The translations under genes were made by a program, and so were the position numbers. A stretch of 64,000 nt of DNA. It comes from an uncultured Zetaproteobacteria bacterium. Lineage in GTDB: Bacteria > Pseudomonadota > Zetaproteobacteria > Mariprofundales > Mariprofundaceae. Shown here one piece after another: positions 24,868 through 35,049 of the stretch; the stretch's first letter is position 1, and every line of letters begins with the position of its first letter. Under the pieces are notes generated by a model. It worked only from the letters and a program-made list of their open reading frames with translations, was not told where the DNA came from and made no database searches. Location: contig CAZYAI010000001.1 of assembly GCA_964645625.1 (NCBI GenBank), positions 52,968 to 116,967 of the forward strand. The letters run 5' to 3'.

Positions 24868-27459
24868 ATGGCTAGCAAAAACACTTCCTCCGAACACACA
24901 CCAATGATGCAACAATATTTGCGCATCAAACAGGAATATGCTGATTGTTTGTTGTTTTACCGTATGGGCGATTTTTATGAGATGTTTTTTGATGATGCGG
25001 TGGAAGCTTCGCGGATTCTTGATATTGCATTGACCAAACGCGGTAAGAGTAATGGCGATGATATTCCGATGGCTGGCGTGCCGTGGCATCAGGCCGAAAA
25101 TTATTTGGCACGCTTGGTTGCCAGCGGTCGGCGGGTGGCGATTTGCGAGCAAATGGAAGCACCTGATGGCAGCAAAGGCCCTGTGCGACGTGAAGTGGTG
25201 CGGGTAGTCACGCCCGGGACGATTACTGAGGCTGATTTGCTGGCGCAAGATCATGCCGCGCCGTTGCTGGCTCTGTGCCGTGAGCAAGAGGCTTGGGGTA
25301 TTGCTGCGCTCGATCTTGCTTCGGGGCAGTGGCGATTGGAGGAAGGGCGTGGCGATTATGCCTTACAAGAACGGCTGGCGGTGTTACGCCCTGCTGAGGT
25401 GTTGCTGCGCCAAGATGAAACCTTGGCAGGGGATTACCGCTGTTGGCACCCAGGGGATTGGTCGTTTGCCAGTGATGTGGCGCGTGAACAGTTGCGTCAG
25501 CACTTTGGCATTAGCGACTGGGAGTCATTGAATCTTGCAGGGCATGGCTGCGTGACGCGCTGTGTTGGTGCGGTGCTTGCTTATCTGGAGCAGACGCAAA
25601 AATGTAACCTTGCTCATATTCAGCTTCCTGTATTCCTTACGCATGCCGCAGAAATGAAAATTGATGCCCGCTCACGGCGAAATTTGGAGCTTCACACAGC
25701 CATGAATGGCGACCCTGCGGGTGGTTTGATTCGGGTACTGGATGCAAGCTGTTCGCCGATGGGCGCGCGTTTGTTGCGCGAATGGTTGGATCATCCGTTG
25801 ACTGACATCAGCGCGATTTACATGCGGCAGGATGCGGTAGCGTACCTACTAGAACAAAACGAAACCTGCAATGCTTTGCGCCAATGCTTGCTGAATATGC
25901 GTGACCAAGAACGTATGTTGACACGTATTGTGCTGCGTCGTGCTTCGCCGCGTGATTTACTCGGTTTGAGTGAAAGTCTTGTGTTATTGCCTGAGCTGCG
26001 TCAGTGGTTGGGTGGTAGCGATGGTTTGTTGGCTGATGCAGCGTTAGCCATGCAAGGGTTGGATGAACTTGCCGCCTTATTACAGCAGGCAGTATGTGAT
26101 GAGCCGCCTGCCACCTTGCGCGATGCGGGGGTGATTCGTTCAGGTTTTGATGGTGAATTGGATCGCCTACGAGGCTTGAGCCATGATGCTGATGCGTGGC
26201 TTAAAGCCTATGAGGCACGCGAGCGCGAGCGTACAGGTTTGGCGAACTTGCGGGTGAAATACAATAAGGTGTTTGGTTATTTTATCGAAATATCCAAGGC
26301 GCAGGCTGCCAGCGCGCCTGTGGAGTATGTGCGCAAGCAGACGCTAGTGAATGCTGAACGTTTTATCACTGACGAATTACACCGTTATGAGTCAGAGATT
26401 CTTGGTGCACGTGATGCCGCGCTGGCGCGTGAGTCCTCACTGATTGAGGAGTTGTGTCTTCGTATAAGCGAACGAGCGGGGGATATTCAGGCAGCATCGC
26501 GTGCTGTTGCATCGGTGGATGTGCTATGTTGTTTTGCCCATTTGGCGGCGCGCTACCGCTATGTTCGTCCACAGGTTCAGGAGGGTGAGCAGCTCCACAT
26601 CGTCGCCAGCCGTCACCCTTTGGTGGAGCGTTGCATGGATGAACCCTTTGTCGCCAATGATTGCCATATGGATATGACCAAGCGTTGCACCATGTTGTTA
26701 ACAGGGCCGAATATGGGGGGTAAATCCACCTATATGCGGCAAGTCGCGTGGGCTGTGTGGCTGGCGCATACGGGGTGTTTTGTCGCCGCTGATGAAGCGA
26801 TCATTCCTTTGACACAACGTATTTTTACCCGCGTGGGAGCAGGTGATGAACTCGCCAGCGGTCGTTCCACTTTTATGGTGGAAATGATGGAAACGGCAAC
26901 GATTTTGAATCAAATGGAGGCTCGTTCATTGGTGATTATCGATGAAATTGGGCGTGGTACGAGCACTTGGGATGGTTTGGCCATTGCCCGTGCCGTGGCG
27001 GAGGCTTTGATTCAGGCTCCACGTGTGTTGACGCTGTTTGCGACGCATTACCACGAGTTAACCGAACTTCCGTTGCATTTTGATCGCGCTTTTAATGCCT
27101 CGGTGACGGTGCGTGAATGGCAAGATCAGGTGATCTTCCTTCACAAAATCGCTTTGCAGGCAGCAGACCGTTCTTATGGTGTCGCTGTGGCGCAATTAGC
27201 AGGCTTGCCCCCCAAAGTGATACGCGCTGCAAAAAAACATCTCAAAGCCTTGGAAGACAGTGCGGCACACAGCAAGGCGCAGCGCAAACAGCCTGCGCTG
27301 TTTGGTGAACCAACGCCCGTCGTGGCAGCACCACCGAATCCGTGGCAAAGCTTAGCTGATGAATTAAACGGGTTGAATATTGACCAATTACGCCCCTTGG
27401 ATGCACTGAATGTATTAGCCTCGCTAAAGCAACGTAGTAGTGAGATTAATGCTGATTAA
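24868..27459 (+). CDS. mutS: DNA mismatch repair protein MutS
   Basis: 863 aa. N-terminal mismatch-recognition region ([14 protein letters not shown]...FYEMFFDDA). Walker [18 protein letters not shown]-terminal HTH/dimerisation region. Confidence 0.95.
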   Translation: MASKNTSSEHTPMMQQYLRIKQEYADCLLFYRMGDFYEMFFDDAVEASRILDIALTKRGKSNGDDIPMAGVPWHQAENYLARLVASGRRVAICEQMEAPDGSKGPVRREVVRVVTPGTITEADLLAQDHAAPLLALCREQEAWGIAALDLASGQWRLEEGRGDYALQERLAVLRPAEVLLRQDETLAGDYRCWHPGDWSFASDVAREQLRQHFGISDWESLNLAGHGCVTRCVGAVLAYLEQTQKCNLAHIQLPVFLTHAAEMKIDARSRRNLELHTAMNGDPAGGLIRVLDASCSPMGARLLREWLDHPLTDISAIYMRQDAVAYLLEQNETCNALRQCLLNMRDQERMLTRIVLRRASPRDLLGLSESLVLLPELRQWLGGSDGLLADAALAMQGLDELAALLQQAVCDEPPATLRDAGVIRSGFDGELDRLRGLSHDADAWLKAYEARERERTGLANLRVKYNKVFGYFIEISKAQAASAPVEYVRKQTLVNAERFITDELHRYESEILGARDAALARESSLIEELCLRISERAGDIQAASRAVASVDVLCCFAHLAARYRYVRPQVQEGEQLHIVASRHPLVERCMDEPFVANDCHMDMTKRCTMLLTGPNMGGKSTYMRQVAWAVWLAHTGCFVAADEAIIPLTQRIFTRVGAGDELASGRSTFMVEMMETATILNQMEARSLVIIDEIGRGTSTWDGLAIARAVAEALIQAPRVLTLFATHYHELTELPLHFDRAFNASVTVREWQDQVIFLHKIALQAADRSYGVAVAQLAGLPPKVIRAAKKHLKALEDSAAHSKAQRKQPALFGEPTPVVAAPPNPWQSLADELNGLNIDQLRPLDALNVLASLKQRSSEINAD

Positions 27460-27560
27460 GGCATGTCCGTTTATTGTGAGGACACACTACCATGTTAACG
27501 GACATGATTTTCCGCCACCCTGTGCGTTGAAATATATTCGCCACAGCGCGTCCAAAAACC

Positions 27561-30134
27561 ATGTCCGTTTATTGTGAGGATCACATGTTTCATGTTAAAG
27601 AACGTCTAAAGGGACTACATCAAACTATAGCCAAGGATTTGGCAGCAGGCGCGACGGGGCGGCAATTGGTGGCGACCATGACGGCAGGTGTGGATGCACT
27701 GATTGTTGATGTTTGGCAGCAACAGGCTCCGCATGCAGCAGCTATTGCGGATCTTATTGCCGTGGGTGGTTATGGCCGTGGTGATTTGGCTCCGCGTTCT
27801 GATTGGGATTTGTGCATCTTGCTGCCGCGAGGTAACCACGAAGCGTTGGAGGAAGAGATAGCCGCTTTTCTGCGTACCTTATGGGATGCTGGTGCCAAAG
27901 TAGGGGCTTCTACGCGCACGGTAAAGCAAACCTTGGAAGCGATGCAGGAGGATGTTAATACAGCAACCGCAGCATTGGAGCATCGTTTGTTGGCAGGTTC
28001 AGGTACGGTTTATAAAACGTATTGTAGCAAAGTACGCGGTTACTTTCGCCGTAGGCGTAAAAACTTTGTTGAAAGCAAGCTTGAAGAGATGCAATTCCGT
28101 CACCAGCGTAATGGTAATACGGCATTCTTGATGGAACCAGATATTAAGGAAAATCGCGGTGGACTGCGTGATATTCATTCGGTGTTTTGGATGGCACAAG
28201 CATGGTATGGTGAAACCGAGGTCGCAGCTTTGCAAAAACGCGGTGCGATGTCGGCGCGTGAATGTGAGCATTTGTTGTCGGCACAGGAGTTTTTGTGGCA
28301 ATGCCGTTGTTTTATGCATTTGCAAAGCAGGCGTGGCAGTGATCGTCTCAGCTTTGAGTTGCAAGCGATGTTGGCGGAACATCTGGGCTATGTAGAAACA
28401 GCAGATCGTCCTGCGGTGGAAGTGTTTATGAAAGATTTTTTCCGTCATTCGGGGCGTGTGGCGCGGGTGTCTGGTTTGTTGACGATGCACTTTCAGGAAC
28501 AGTTACAACCGAATGTTTTTTCAATCACATGGCCGTTGGATAAGGTGTTTTCTTTGCAAGCGCAGCGGGTCAGTATTCAACGTGCGACGGTGTTCCAAGA
28601 AAAGCCTTTGCGGCTGTTGGAGATCTTTCATATAGCGCAGGATGATCGTCGGCATCTTTCCAGTACAGCGCTGCGTCAGGTGCGTGCTGATGTGATGTTG
28701 ATTGATGATGACTTTCGTAATAGCGAGGAAGCCAAGGCAATGTTCTTGGCGATTTTACGGCATCCGCGCAATGTGGCTACAGCACTAAGAGAGATGAACG
28801 ACACGGGTGTTTTGGGGCGATTTATTCCTGACTTTCGTCATACCGTTGGCTTGGGGCAGTTTAACCGTTACCACGCTTACACGGTGGATGAACATACGCT
28901 GCAAGCGGTGGCGGAGGCGCGCAACTTCTTTCATTGCGAGCATGTGATTAAATTGCCTGAGGCGCACGATGTGGCGTTGCAACTGCGTCGCCCCGAGTTG
29001 TTATTTTTAGCTTTGTTGTTCCATGATATTGCCAAAGGTAAGCCTGGTGACCACTCACAATTGGGGCAAGTCTTGGCATATGATTATTGTATCACGTTGG
29101 GTTTAGATGAAGCACAGGCGGAGCTGGTTGCTTGGCTGGTGGAGATGCATTTGATCATGGCGTTGACCTCGCAGCGTTTTGATTTATCTGACCCTGATGT
29201 GATTCGTGAGTTTGCCGAGAAGGTATCCGACAAAGAACGCCTGAATTATCTGTTTTTACTGACGATTGCTGATATTGTGGCTGTTGGACCTACTGTTTGG
29301 AATGACTGGAAGGGCGGCTTATTACGCACCTTATACGATGAAACAGCAGAATATTTACTGCGTGGTAATCATGTGGCTTATGGTATTGGTGAGCGTGCAG
29401 GTAAGCGCATTACGCAGTTGCTTCAGGCTGCACCAGAAGATGAACGCGAACACCTGCAAGCAAGTTTGGCTCACTTACCGAATCGTGCCTTGATGTATTA
29501 TTCGATGGATGAATTGTTGTTGATTGCACGCACGATTGAGCATGCGGGCGAGGGGCAGCATGTGCATGTTTCGTTTGACGATCATGTCGCGATGTTCGCC
29601 GTGGTCGCCCTTGAGCGTAAAGGTTTGTTTGCTTATTTGGCGAGTGCCTTGTCATCGGGATCTTTGGATGTGTTACGCGCTCAAGCATTGATGCTGGGCA
29701 AGCGTCAAGTGTTGGACGTGTTTTATATTCGTGGCGATCATGGTGTGACACTGACGGCTCATGATATTGAACGCTTGCGTTTGCGCATTATTTCGATGTT
29801 GGAAGAACCGTATTTTTCTGGCACATTAACACCACGCCGTTACAAAGAAAGCCTGTTGATGCAACGCGTGTTAGCACAGGTTCGTTTGTTGCCTCAGGCA
29901 TCATCGCAACAAACGGTGTTTGAGGTGACGGCTGCAGATCGCCCTGGTTTGTTGGCGCAATTAGCAGGGAAATTGACAGATTGTGGTGTAGAAATTCATG
30001 GTGCATCGGTATCCACCTTTGGTGAAAAAGCGGTGGATGTATTTTTTGTCGCTGATGAACAGGGTGAGCGTTTAGACTATCATCAACAACAACATGTCCG
30101 CCAAGCCCTATTGGATGTGGCAACGATGGATTGA
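27561..30134 (+). CDS. glnD: bifunctional [protein-PII] uridylyltransferase/uridylyl-removing enzyme GlnD
   Basis: 857 aa. Nucleotidyltransferase motif VGGYGRGDLAPRSDWDL, HD domain (LLFHDIAKG), and two C-terminal ACT-like domains. Confidence 0.9.
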   Translation: MSVYCEDHMFHVKERLKGLHQTIAKDLAAGATGRQLVATMTAGVDALIVDVWQQQAPHAAAIADLIAVGGYGRGDLAPRSDWDLCILLPRGNHEALEEEIAAFLRTLWDAGAKVGASTRTVKQTLEAMQEDVNTATAALEHRLLAGSGTVYKTYCSKVRGYFRRRRKNFVESKLEEMQFRHQRNGNTAFLMEPDIKENRGGLRDIHSVFWMAQAWYGETEVAALQKRGAMSARECEHLLSAQEFLWQCRCFMHLQSRRGSDRLSFELQAMLAEHLGYVETADRPAVEVFMKDFFRHSGRVARVSGLLTMHFQEQLQPNVFSITWPLDKVFSLQAQRVSIQRATVFQEKPLRLLEIFHIAQDDRRHLSSTALRQVRADVMLIDDDFRNSEEAKAMFLAILRHPRNVATALREMNDTGVLGRFIPDFRHTVGLGQFNRYHAYTVDEHTLQAVAEARNFFHCEHVIKLPEAHDVALQLRRPELLFLALLFHDIAKGKPGDHSQLGQVLAYDYCITLGLDEAQAELVAWLVEMHLIMALTSQRFDLSDPDVIREFAEKVSDKERLNYLFLLTIADIVAVGPTVWNDWKGGLLRTLYDETAEYLLRGNHVAYGIGERAGKRITQLLQAAPEDEREHLQASLAHLPNRALMYYSMDELLLIARTIEHAGEGQHVHVSFDDHVAMFAVVALERKGLFAYLASALSSGSLDVLRAQALMLGKRQVLDVFYIRGDHGVTLTAHDIERLRLRIISMLEEPYFSGTLTPRRYKESLLMQRVLAQVRLLPQASSQQTVFEVTAADRPGLLAQLAGKLTDCGVEIHGASVSTFGEKAVDVFFVADEQGERLDYHQQQHVRQALLDVATMD

Positions 30135-30263
30135 TGCCGAGAGCTTATGTCAACGAAAATCTTGCAGGACGATGTAAGGATGTGCATGATTTGGTTTATG
30201 GTTATTTTACAGCAATTCGTATGATTTTTCTATTGGTATAGTAAAACAACAAGGAAATCGGCA

Positions 30264-30920
30264 ATGGATAGTTTTTTAGTTAATATCAGCAGTTTCCCAA
30301 CGGCAATCTATACGACTTCTTTAGTCGTTGTGGTCGGTTACTGGTTATTCGCCTTGTTCGGTGCTTTAGATTTCGATGCCTTTGACGCTGATATTGATAT
30401 CGATGTGGACAGTGGCGTGAGTGACTTAAGTGGTGTTGCAGGATTCATGGCAACATTGGGTTTAACGGGTGTTCCGATCACCATTGTAATAAGCCTATTG
30501 TTACTCAATGCGTGGCTGGTTTGTTATTTCCTTGCGCTGTTTACCCCTGCATTGCCGCAGTTCGCTTCATGGATACTGTTCATCGTACACATGGGCGTGG
30601 TCATTGTCAGTTTTCTGGTGTCTATTTTACTTACTGCAATCATGATTAGACCACTACGGGGATTATTCCGCAAAGTGCACCAAGTACCAAAATCAATCTC
30701 TCTTTTAGGGGCAAGCTGTCGTATTCGAAGTAGTCGGGTGGATGGTGAATTTGGTGAGGCTGAGTGTCAAAATGAAGGCGCGAGCTTGATTATTAAGGTG
30801 CGGACAAGTAATGGTGAGGTGTTTGCTACGGGTGATCGGGCGGTAGTGATTGAACATAACCAACAAGATGACTTTTTTTATGTGGTGAGTGAAGAGGCTT
30901 TTCGACAGCGGATGGGTTGA
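30264..30920 (+). CDS. NfeD-like membrane protein (YqiJ-like), partner of the flotillin gene
   Basis: 218 aa. N-terminal TM helices, acidic DFDAFDADIDIDVDSG segment, and a C-terminal OB-fold-like soluble tail. Immediately precedes an SPFH/flotillin gene, as in yqiJ-yqiK. Confidence 0.6.
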   Translation: MDSFLVNISSFPTAIYTTSLVVVVGYWLFALFGALDFDAFDADIDIDVDSGVSDLSGVAGFMATLGLTGVPITIVISLLLLNAWLVCYFLALFTPALPQFASWILFIVHMGVVIVSFLVSILLTAIMIRPLRGLFRKVHQVPKSISLLGASCRIRSSRVDGEFGEAECQNEGASLIIKVRTSNGEVFATGDRAVVIEHNQQDDFFYVVSEEAFRQRMG

Positions 30921-30983
30921 TCCGAACAATAAATGGGCATGGCGTTTTGACGCGTTGTGCGTGTGAATAAGGGAGTATAAATA

Positions 30984-33017
30984 ATGGAATTACTTTTACC
31001 GATATTGGTGTTTGGCGGCGTCGTATTAATCATATTGTTGGGGTTAGCATTTCTATTTAGCACTTTTTATAAAAAAGTACCTCAAGGCTATGCCTTGATT
31101 GTGAATGATATGTCTTCTAAACCCAAGGTGCATTTTACTGGTGGTTTGGTGTTACCGATTATTTATAAAATGGAAGTGATGCAAATTTCACTTATCACGT
31201 TAGAGATAGACCGTCGCGCAAATGATGGTTTGATCTGTCAAGACAACCTTCGGGCGGATATTACGGTTGCATTTTACCTACGGGTGAATGAAACTAGAGA
31301 TGATGTGCTTCGGGTTGCTAAGTCTATTGGTGTTGATCGCGCATCGGACAAAGAGGCAGTTAATGAGCTCTTTGGTGCTAAATTTTCCGAGGCGTTAAAG
31401 ACCGTGGGTAAGAAAATGGCTTTTCTTGACCTGTTTGAAAATAGAATTCAATTCAGGGAAAAAATCATCGAAGTGATTGGCGATGACTTAAATGGTTACG
31501 TGCTAGAAGATGTGGCGATTGATTACCTAGAGCAGACACCGAAGGCTAAACTTGATCCGAATAATATTCTTGATTCTGAGGGTATTAAAAAGATCACCGA
31601 AATTACAGCAGCTCAGAATGTTCAGACCAATCGCCTAGAAAAAGATGAGCAGTTAGCGATTACTAAAAAGAATGTTGAGACTCGTGAAGCGATGCTGGCT
31701 TTAGAGCGGCAACAGGTCGATGCTGAATCCAAACAAAAGCGCGAAATCCAGACTGTACAGGCGCGTGAAGCTGCCGAGACGAAAAAGGTTCAAGAGGAAG
31801 AACGCCTTAAAGCTGAACAAGCGAGGATTGAGACGGATGAGCAATTGGAGATACGTAATCAGGTTAAAATTCGTCAGGTTGAGATAGCAGAGCAAAACCG
31901 AGCACGCGCCATTGCGATTGAAAAAGAGAAGGTGATTCGTGCGCAAGAAATGGAAGAAGTGAATCGCCACCGTGAAGTGGAGTTGGCGGAAATTGATAAA
32001 AACAAGGCGTTGGAAGAAGAGAAGAAGATTATATCACATATTATTAGCGAACGGATTGCGGTGGATAAAAAGGTAACCGAAGAGGAAGAGCGGATTAAAG
32101 AGGTGAAGGAGGTTTCTGAAGCCGATCGCTTAAGGCAGGTTCGAGTGTTAGCGGCTGAAGCTTCAGCCAAAGAGGAATTGGTACATACGGTGATGCGTGC
32201 CGAGGCTGATGAGCAGAAAGCTATCCATAAGGCACGTGAAATTAACGTGATGGCACAAGCAGAGTTGGAAGCTGCATCGAAGAAAGCAGAAGCCGATAAA
32301 AAGTTAGCTGAAGGGGCACAGGCAACCGCTGCTGCCGCTGGGCTTGCTGAAGCTCGGGTGATGGAAGCAAAAGCCGACGCTAAGGAAAAAGAAGGTATCG
32401 TCGAAGCTCACGTGCAGGAAGTTAAGGCTGATGCCAAACAGAAAGAGGGGGTTGCTGAGGCGAATATTCAGCAGGCTAAAGCAATTTCAGCAGAAAAAGA
32501 GGGACTAGCAGAAGCTCGGGTATTGGAAGAAAAGTTGACTGCTGAAGCGCGTGGTCAGGAAGAGCTGGGTAAGGCTCAAGCAGTGACTGAGAAAGAAGTC
32601 GGTATGAGTAAGGCAGAAGTATTGCGAGCAAAAGGTAAAGCTGAAGCTGATGCCTTGATCGAAAAGTTTGCTGCTATGAACAATATGAATAAGGAATCAC
32701 GTGAGTTTGAAGAGTTCCGCTTGAACTTGGAAGCTCATTTGCAAGAAGTGATGGCATCTATTGCTGCGAATAAAGATATTGCAGGGGATCAAGCCAATGT
32801 ACTGGCTGCCGCACTTGAAAAAGCCAATATCGACATTGTTGGTGGTCAGGGCGATTACTTTGATAAACTCGCCAAAGGCATGGGCGCAGGCAATGCAGTG
32901 AATGGTTTCATCGAGAAAAGCCCTATTGTGCAAGCTTTGATGGAAAAACTGCTGGGCGGTGCCAATGCTGTACCTAAGCATGTTCCTGATTCGGGTCACC
33001 ATGACGCAGCGAGTTGA
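30984..33017 (+). CDS. flotillin-like SPFH/Band-7 protein (YqiK/FloT-like) with a long repetitive coiled-coil
   Basis: 677 aa. N-terminal TM, then an SPFH core (...GLICQDNLRADITVAFYLRVNE...). Extended E/A/K-rich heptad region including ~17-aa tandem repeats (AKADAKEKEGIVEAHVQEV / KADAKQKEGVAEANIQQ / AKAISAEKEGLAEARVLEE). Confidence 0.8.
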   Translation: MELLLPILVFGGVVLIILLGLAFLFSTFYKKVPQGYALIVNDMSSKPKVHFTGGLVLPIIYKMEVMQISLITLEIDRRANDGLICQDNLRADITVAFYLRVNETRDDVLRVAKSIGVDRASDKEAVNELFGAKFSEALKTVGKKMAFLDLFENRIQFREKIIEVIGDDLNGYVLEDVAIDYLEQTPKAKLDPNNILDSEGIKKITEITAAQNVQTNRLEKDEQLAITKKNVETREAMLALERQQVDAESKQKREIQTVQAREAAETKKVQEEERLKAEQARIETDEQLEIRNQVKIRQVEIAEQNRARAIAIEKEKVIRAQEMEEVNRHREVELAEIDKNKALEEEKKIISHIISERIAVDKKVTEEEERIKEVKEVSEADRLRQVRVLAAEASAKEELVHTVMRAEADEQKAIHKAREINVMAQAELEAASKKAEADKKLAEGAQATAAAAGLAEARVMEAKADAKEKEGIVEAHVQEVKADAKQKEGVAEANIQQAKAISAEKEGLAEARVLEEKLTAEARGQEELGKAQAVTEKEVGMSKAEVLRAKGKAEADALIEKFAAMNNMNKESREFEEFRLNLEAHLQEVMASIAANKDIAGDQANVLAAALEKANIDIVGGQGDYFDKLAKGMGAGNAVNGFIEKSPIVQALMEKLLGGANAVPKHVPDSGHHDAAS

Positions 33018-33084
33018 TGTGGGTCGCTTTTTGGTCTGTGCGATTGCACCGTTTCGTTTAGACTCCTAAACAACGAGGTCATGT

Positions 33085-34005
33085 ATGCAGTTTTTGAACC
33101 CTAAAACAGATTTTGCTTTTAAACGTATTTTTGGCTCGACGGAAAGTGCGGATATTTTGCTCAGCTTCCTCAATGCTATTTTGGACTTGGAGTCGCCGTA
33201 TCGCATTGCTGATGTGGAGATTATTGATCCTTATTTAGCACCTAAAATCAAGGGTATGAAAGACACCTATTTGGATGTTCGCGCCCGCGATGAACAGGGC
33301 AAGGCGTACATCATCGAAATGCAGGTGCTGAACGTTGAAGGCTTTGAGAAACGTGTATTATACAATGCGTGTAAAAGTTATGCGGGGCAACTTCATCAAG
33401 GCGAACATTATCAACACCTGAGCGATGTGATTGCGATTACCATCACCGATTTTGTGATGTTCCCTGAGCAAAAGAGCATCGTTAATAGCTTTAAATTGCG
33501 TGCCGAAAACGGTTTGGTGTACCACGATGATTTAGAACTGATTTTTGCTGAGTTGCCCAAGTTTAAGCGTTCAGAGGACGAGTTGGAAACGTTGTTAGAT
33601 AAATGGTTTTACTTCCTCAAATGTGCGGGTGATTTGCGCGCTATTCCTAAAGTGTTGGCAGGTGAAGGTGCGATCAATCACGCATTTGTGATTGCCAATA
33701 AAGCAGGCTTAAGTCGTGAGGAGTTGGACGACCAAGAACGGCGAGAGATTTTCATCCAAGATCAACGCGGCGCATTGCAACTGGCAAAAAGAGTAGGCAA
33801 AGAAGAAGGCTTGAAGGAAGGTAAAGAAGAGGGTCTGAAGGAAGGGGTGGAACAGGGAATAGAACAAGGTGAACGCTTAGCCGCCCAACGTATTGCAAGT
33901 AGTTTTCTTGATATACTCGACGACCAAACGATTGCCCAGAAAACAGGGCTAAACCTTGATGATGTACAGGCGTTGCGTCAGCAAAACAACGATCGTGTTC
34001 AATGA
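33085..34005 (+). CDS. Rpn/YhgA-like recombination-promoting nuclease (PD-(D/E)XK 'putative transposase' family), copy 2
   Basis: 306 aa, near-identical to copy 3 and ~90% identical to copy 1. C-terminal region carries 2 KEEGLKEG-type repeats. Confidence 0.85.
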   Translation: MQFLNPKTDFAFKRIFGSTESADILLSFLNAILDLESPYRIADVEIIDPYLAPKIKGMKDTYLDVRARDEQGKAYIIEMQVLNVEGFEKRVLYNACKSYAGQLHQGEHYQHLSDVIAITITDFVMFPEQKSIVNSFKLRAENGLVYHDDLELIFAELPKFKRSEDELETLLDKWFYFLKCAGDLRAIPKVLAGEGAINHAFVIANKAGLSREELDDQERREIFIQDQRGALQLAKRVGKEEGLKEGKEEGLKEGVEQGIEQGERLAAQRIASSFLDILDDQTIAQKTGLNLDDVQALRQQNNDRVQ

Positions 34006-34049
34006 TGATTGTGCCGTTTCGGATAGATTCCTAAACAACGAGGTGATGT

Positions 34050-34985
34050 ATGCAGTTTTTGAACCCTAAAACAGATTTTGCTTTTAAACGTATTTTTGGC
34101 TCGACGGAAAGTGCGGATATTTTGCTCAGCTTCCTCAATGCTATTTTGGACTTGGAGTCGCCGTATCGCATTGCTGATGTGGAGATTATTGATCCTTATT
34201 TAGCACCTAAAATCAAGGGTATGAAAGACACCTATTTGGATGTTCGCGCCCGCGATGAACAGGGCAAGGCGTACATCATCGAAATGCAGGTGCTGAACGT
34301 TGAAGGCTTTGAGAAACGTGTATTATACAATGCGTGTAAAAGTTATGCGGGGCAACTTCATCAAGGCGAACATTATCAACACCTGAGCGATGTGATTGCG
34401 ATTACCATCACCGATTTTGTGATGTTCCCTGAGCAAAAGAGCATCGTTAATAGCTTTAAATTGCGTGCCGAAAACGGTTTGGTGTACCACGATGATTTAG
34501 AACTGATTTTTGCTGAGTTGCCCAAGTTTAAGCGTTCAGAGGACGAGTTGGAAACGTTGTTAGATAAATGGTTTTACTTCCTCAAATGTGCGGGTGATTT
34601 GCGCGCTATTCCTAAAGTGTTGGCAGGTGAAGGTGCGATCAATCACGCATTTGTGATTGCCAATAAAGCAGGCTTAAGTCGTGAGGAGTTGGACGACCAA
34701 GAACGGCGAGAGATTTTCATCCAAGATCAACGCGGCGCATTGCAACTGGCAAAAAGAGTAGGCAAAGAAGAGGGTTTGAAGGAAGGTAAAAAAGAGGGCC
34801 TGAAGGAAGGCAAAGAAGAGGGCCTGAAGGAAGGAGTGGAACAGGGAATAGAACAAGGTGAACGTTTAGCCGCCCAACGTATTGCAAGTAGTTTTCTTGA
34901 TATACTCGATGATCAAACGATTGCCCAGAAAACTGGTCTAAGCCTTGAAGATGTACACATGCTGCGTCAGCAAAACAGCATGTAA
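34050..34985 (+). CDS. Rpn/YhgA-like recombination-promoting nuclease, copy 3 (tandem duplicate of copy 2)
   Basis: 311 aa, identical to copy 2 over the first ~240 aa. 3 KEEGLKEG-type repeats instead of 2. Divergent last ~20 aa. Same 5' leader CCGTTTCG..TAGA.TCCTAAACAACGAGGT.ATGT. Confidence 0.85.
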   Translation: MQFLNPKTDFAFKRIFGSTESADILLSFLNAILDLESPYRIADVEIIDPYLAPKIKGMKDTYLDVRARDEQGKAYIIEMQVLNVEGFEKRVLYNACKSYAGQLHQGEHYQHLSDVIAITITDFVMFPEQKSIVNSFKLRAENGLVYHDDLELIFAELPKFKRSEDELETLLDKWFYFLKCAGDLRAIPKVLAGEGAINHAFVIANKAGLSREELDDQERREIFIQDQRGALQLAKRVGKEEGLKEGKKEGLKEGKEEGLKEGVEQGIEQGERLAAQRIASSFLDILDDQTIAQKTGLSLEDVHMLRQQNSM

Positions 34986-35049
34986 TGTACATTCCTTTAC
35001 CTCATCGGATGCTACGTTTAAAAGCTAACTTCATGGCAGGGGCTTACAC

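Noticed and set aside
33085-34985. Calling the Rpn genes an IS element
   Set aside because: There are no terminal inverted repeats or target-site duplications flanking the units. The family is a PD-(D/E)XK nuclease only nominally annotated as transposase. Treated as paralogous cellular/defence genes.
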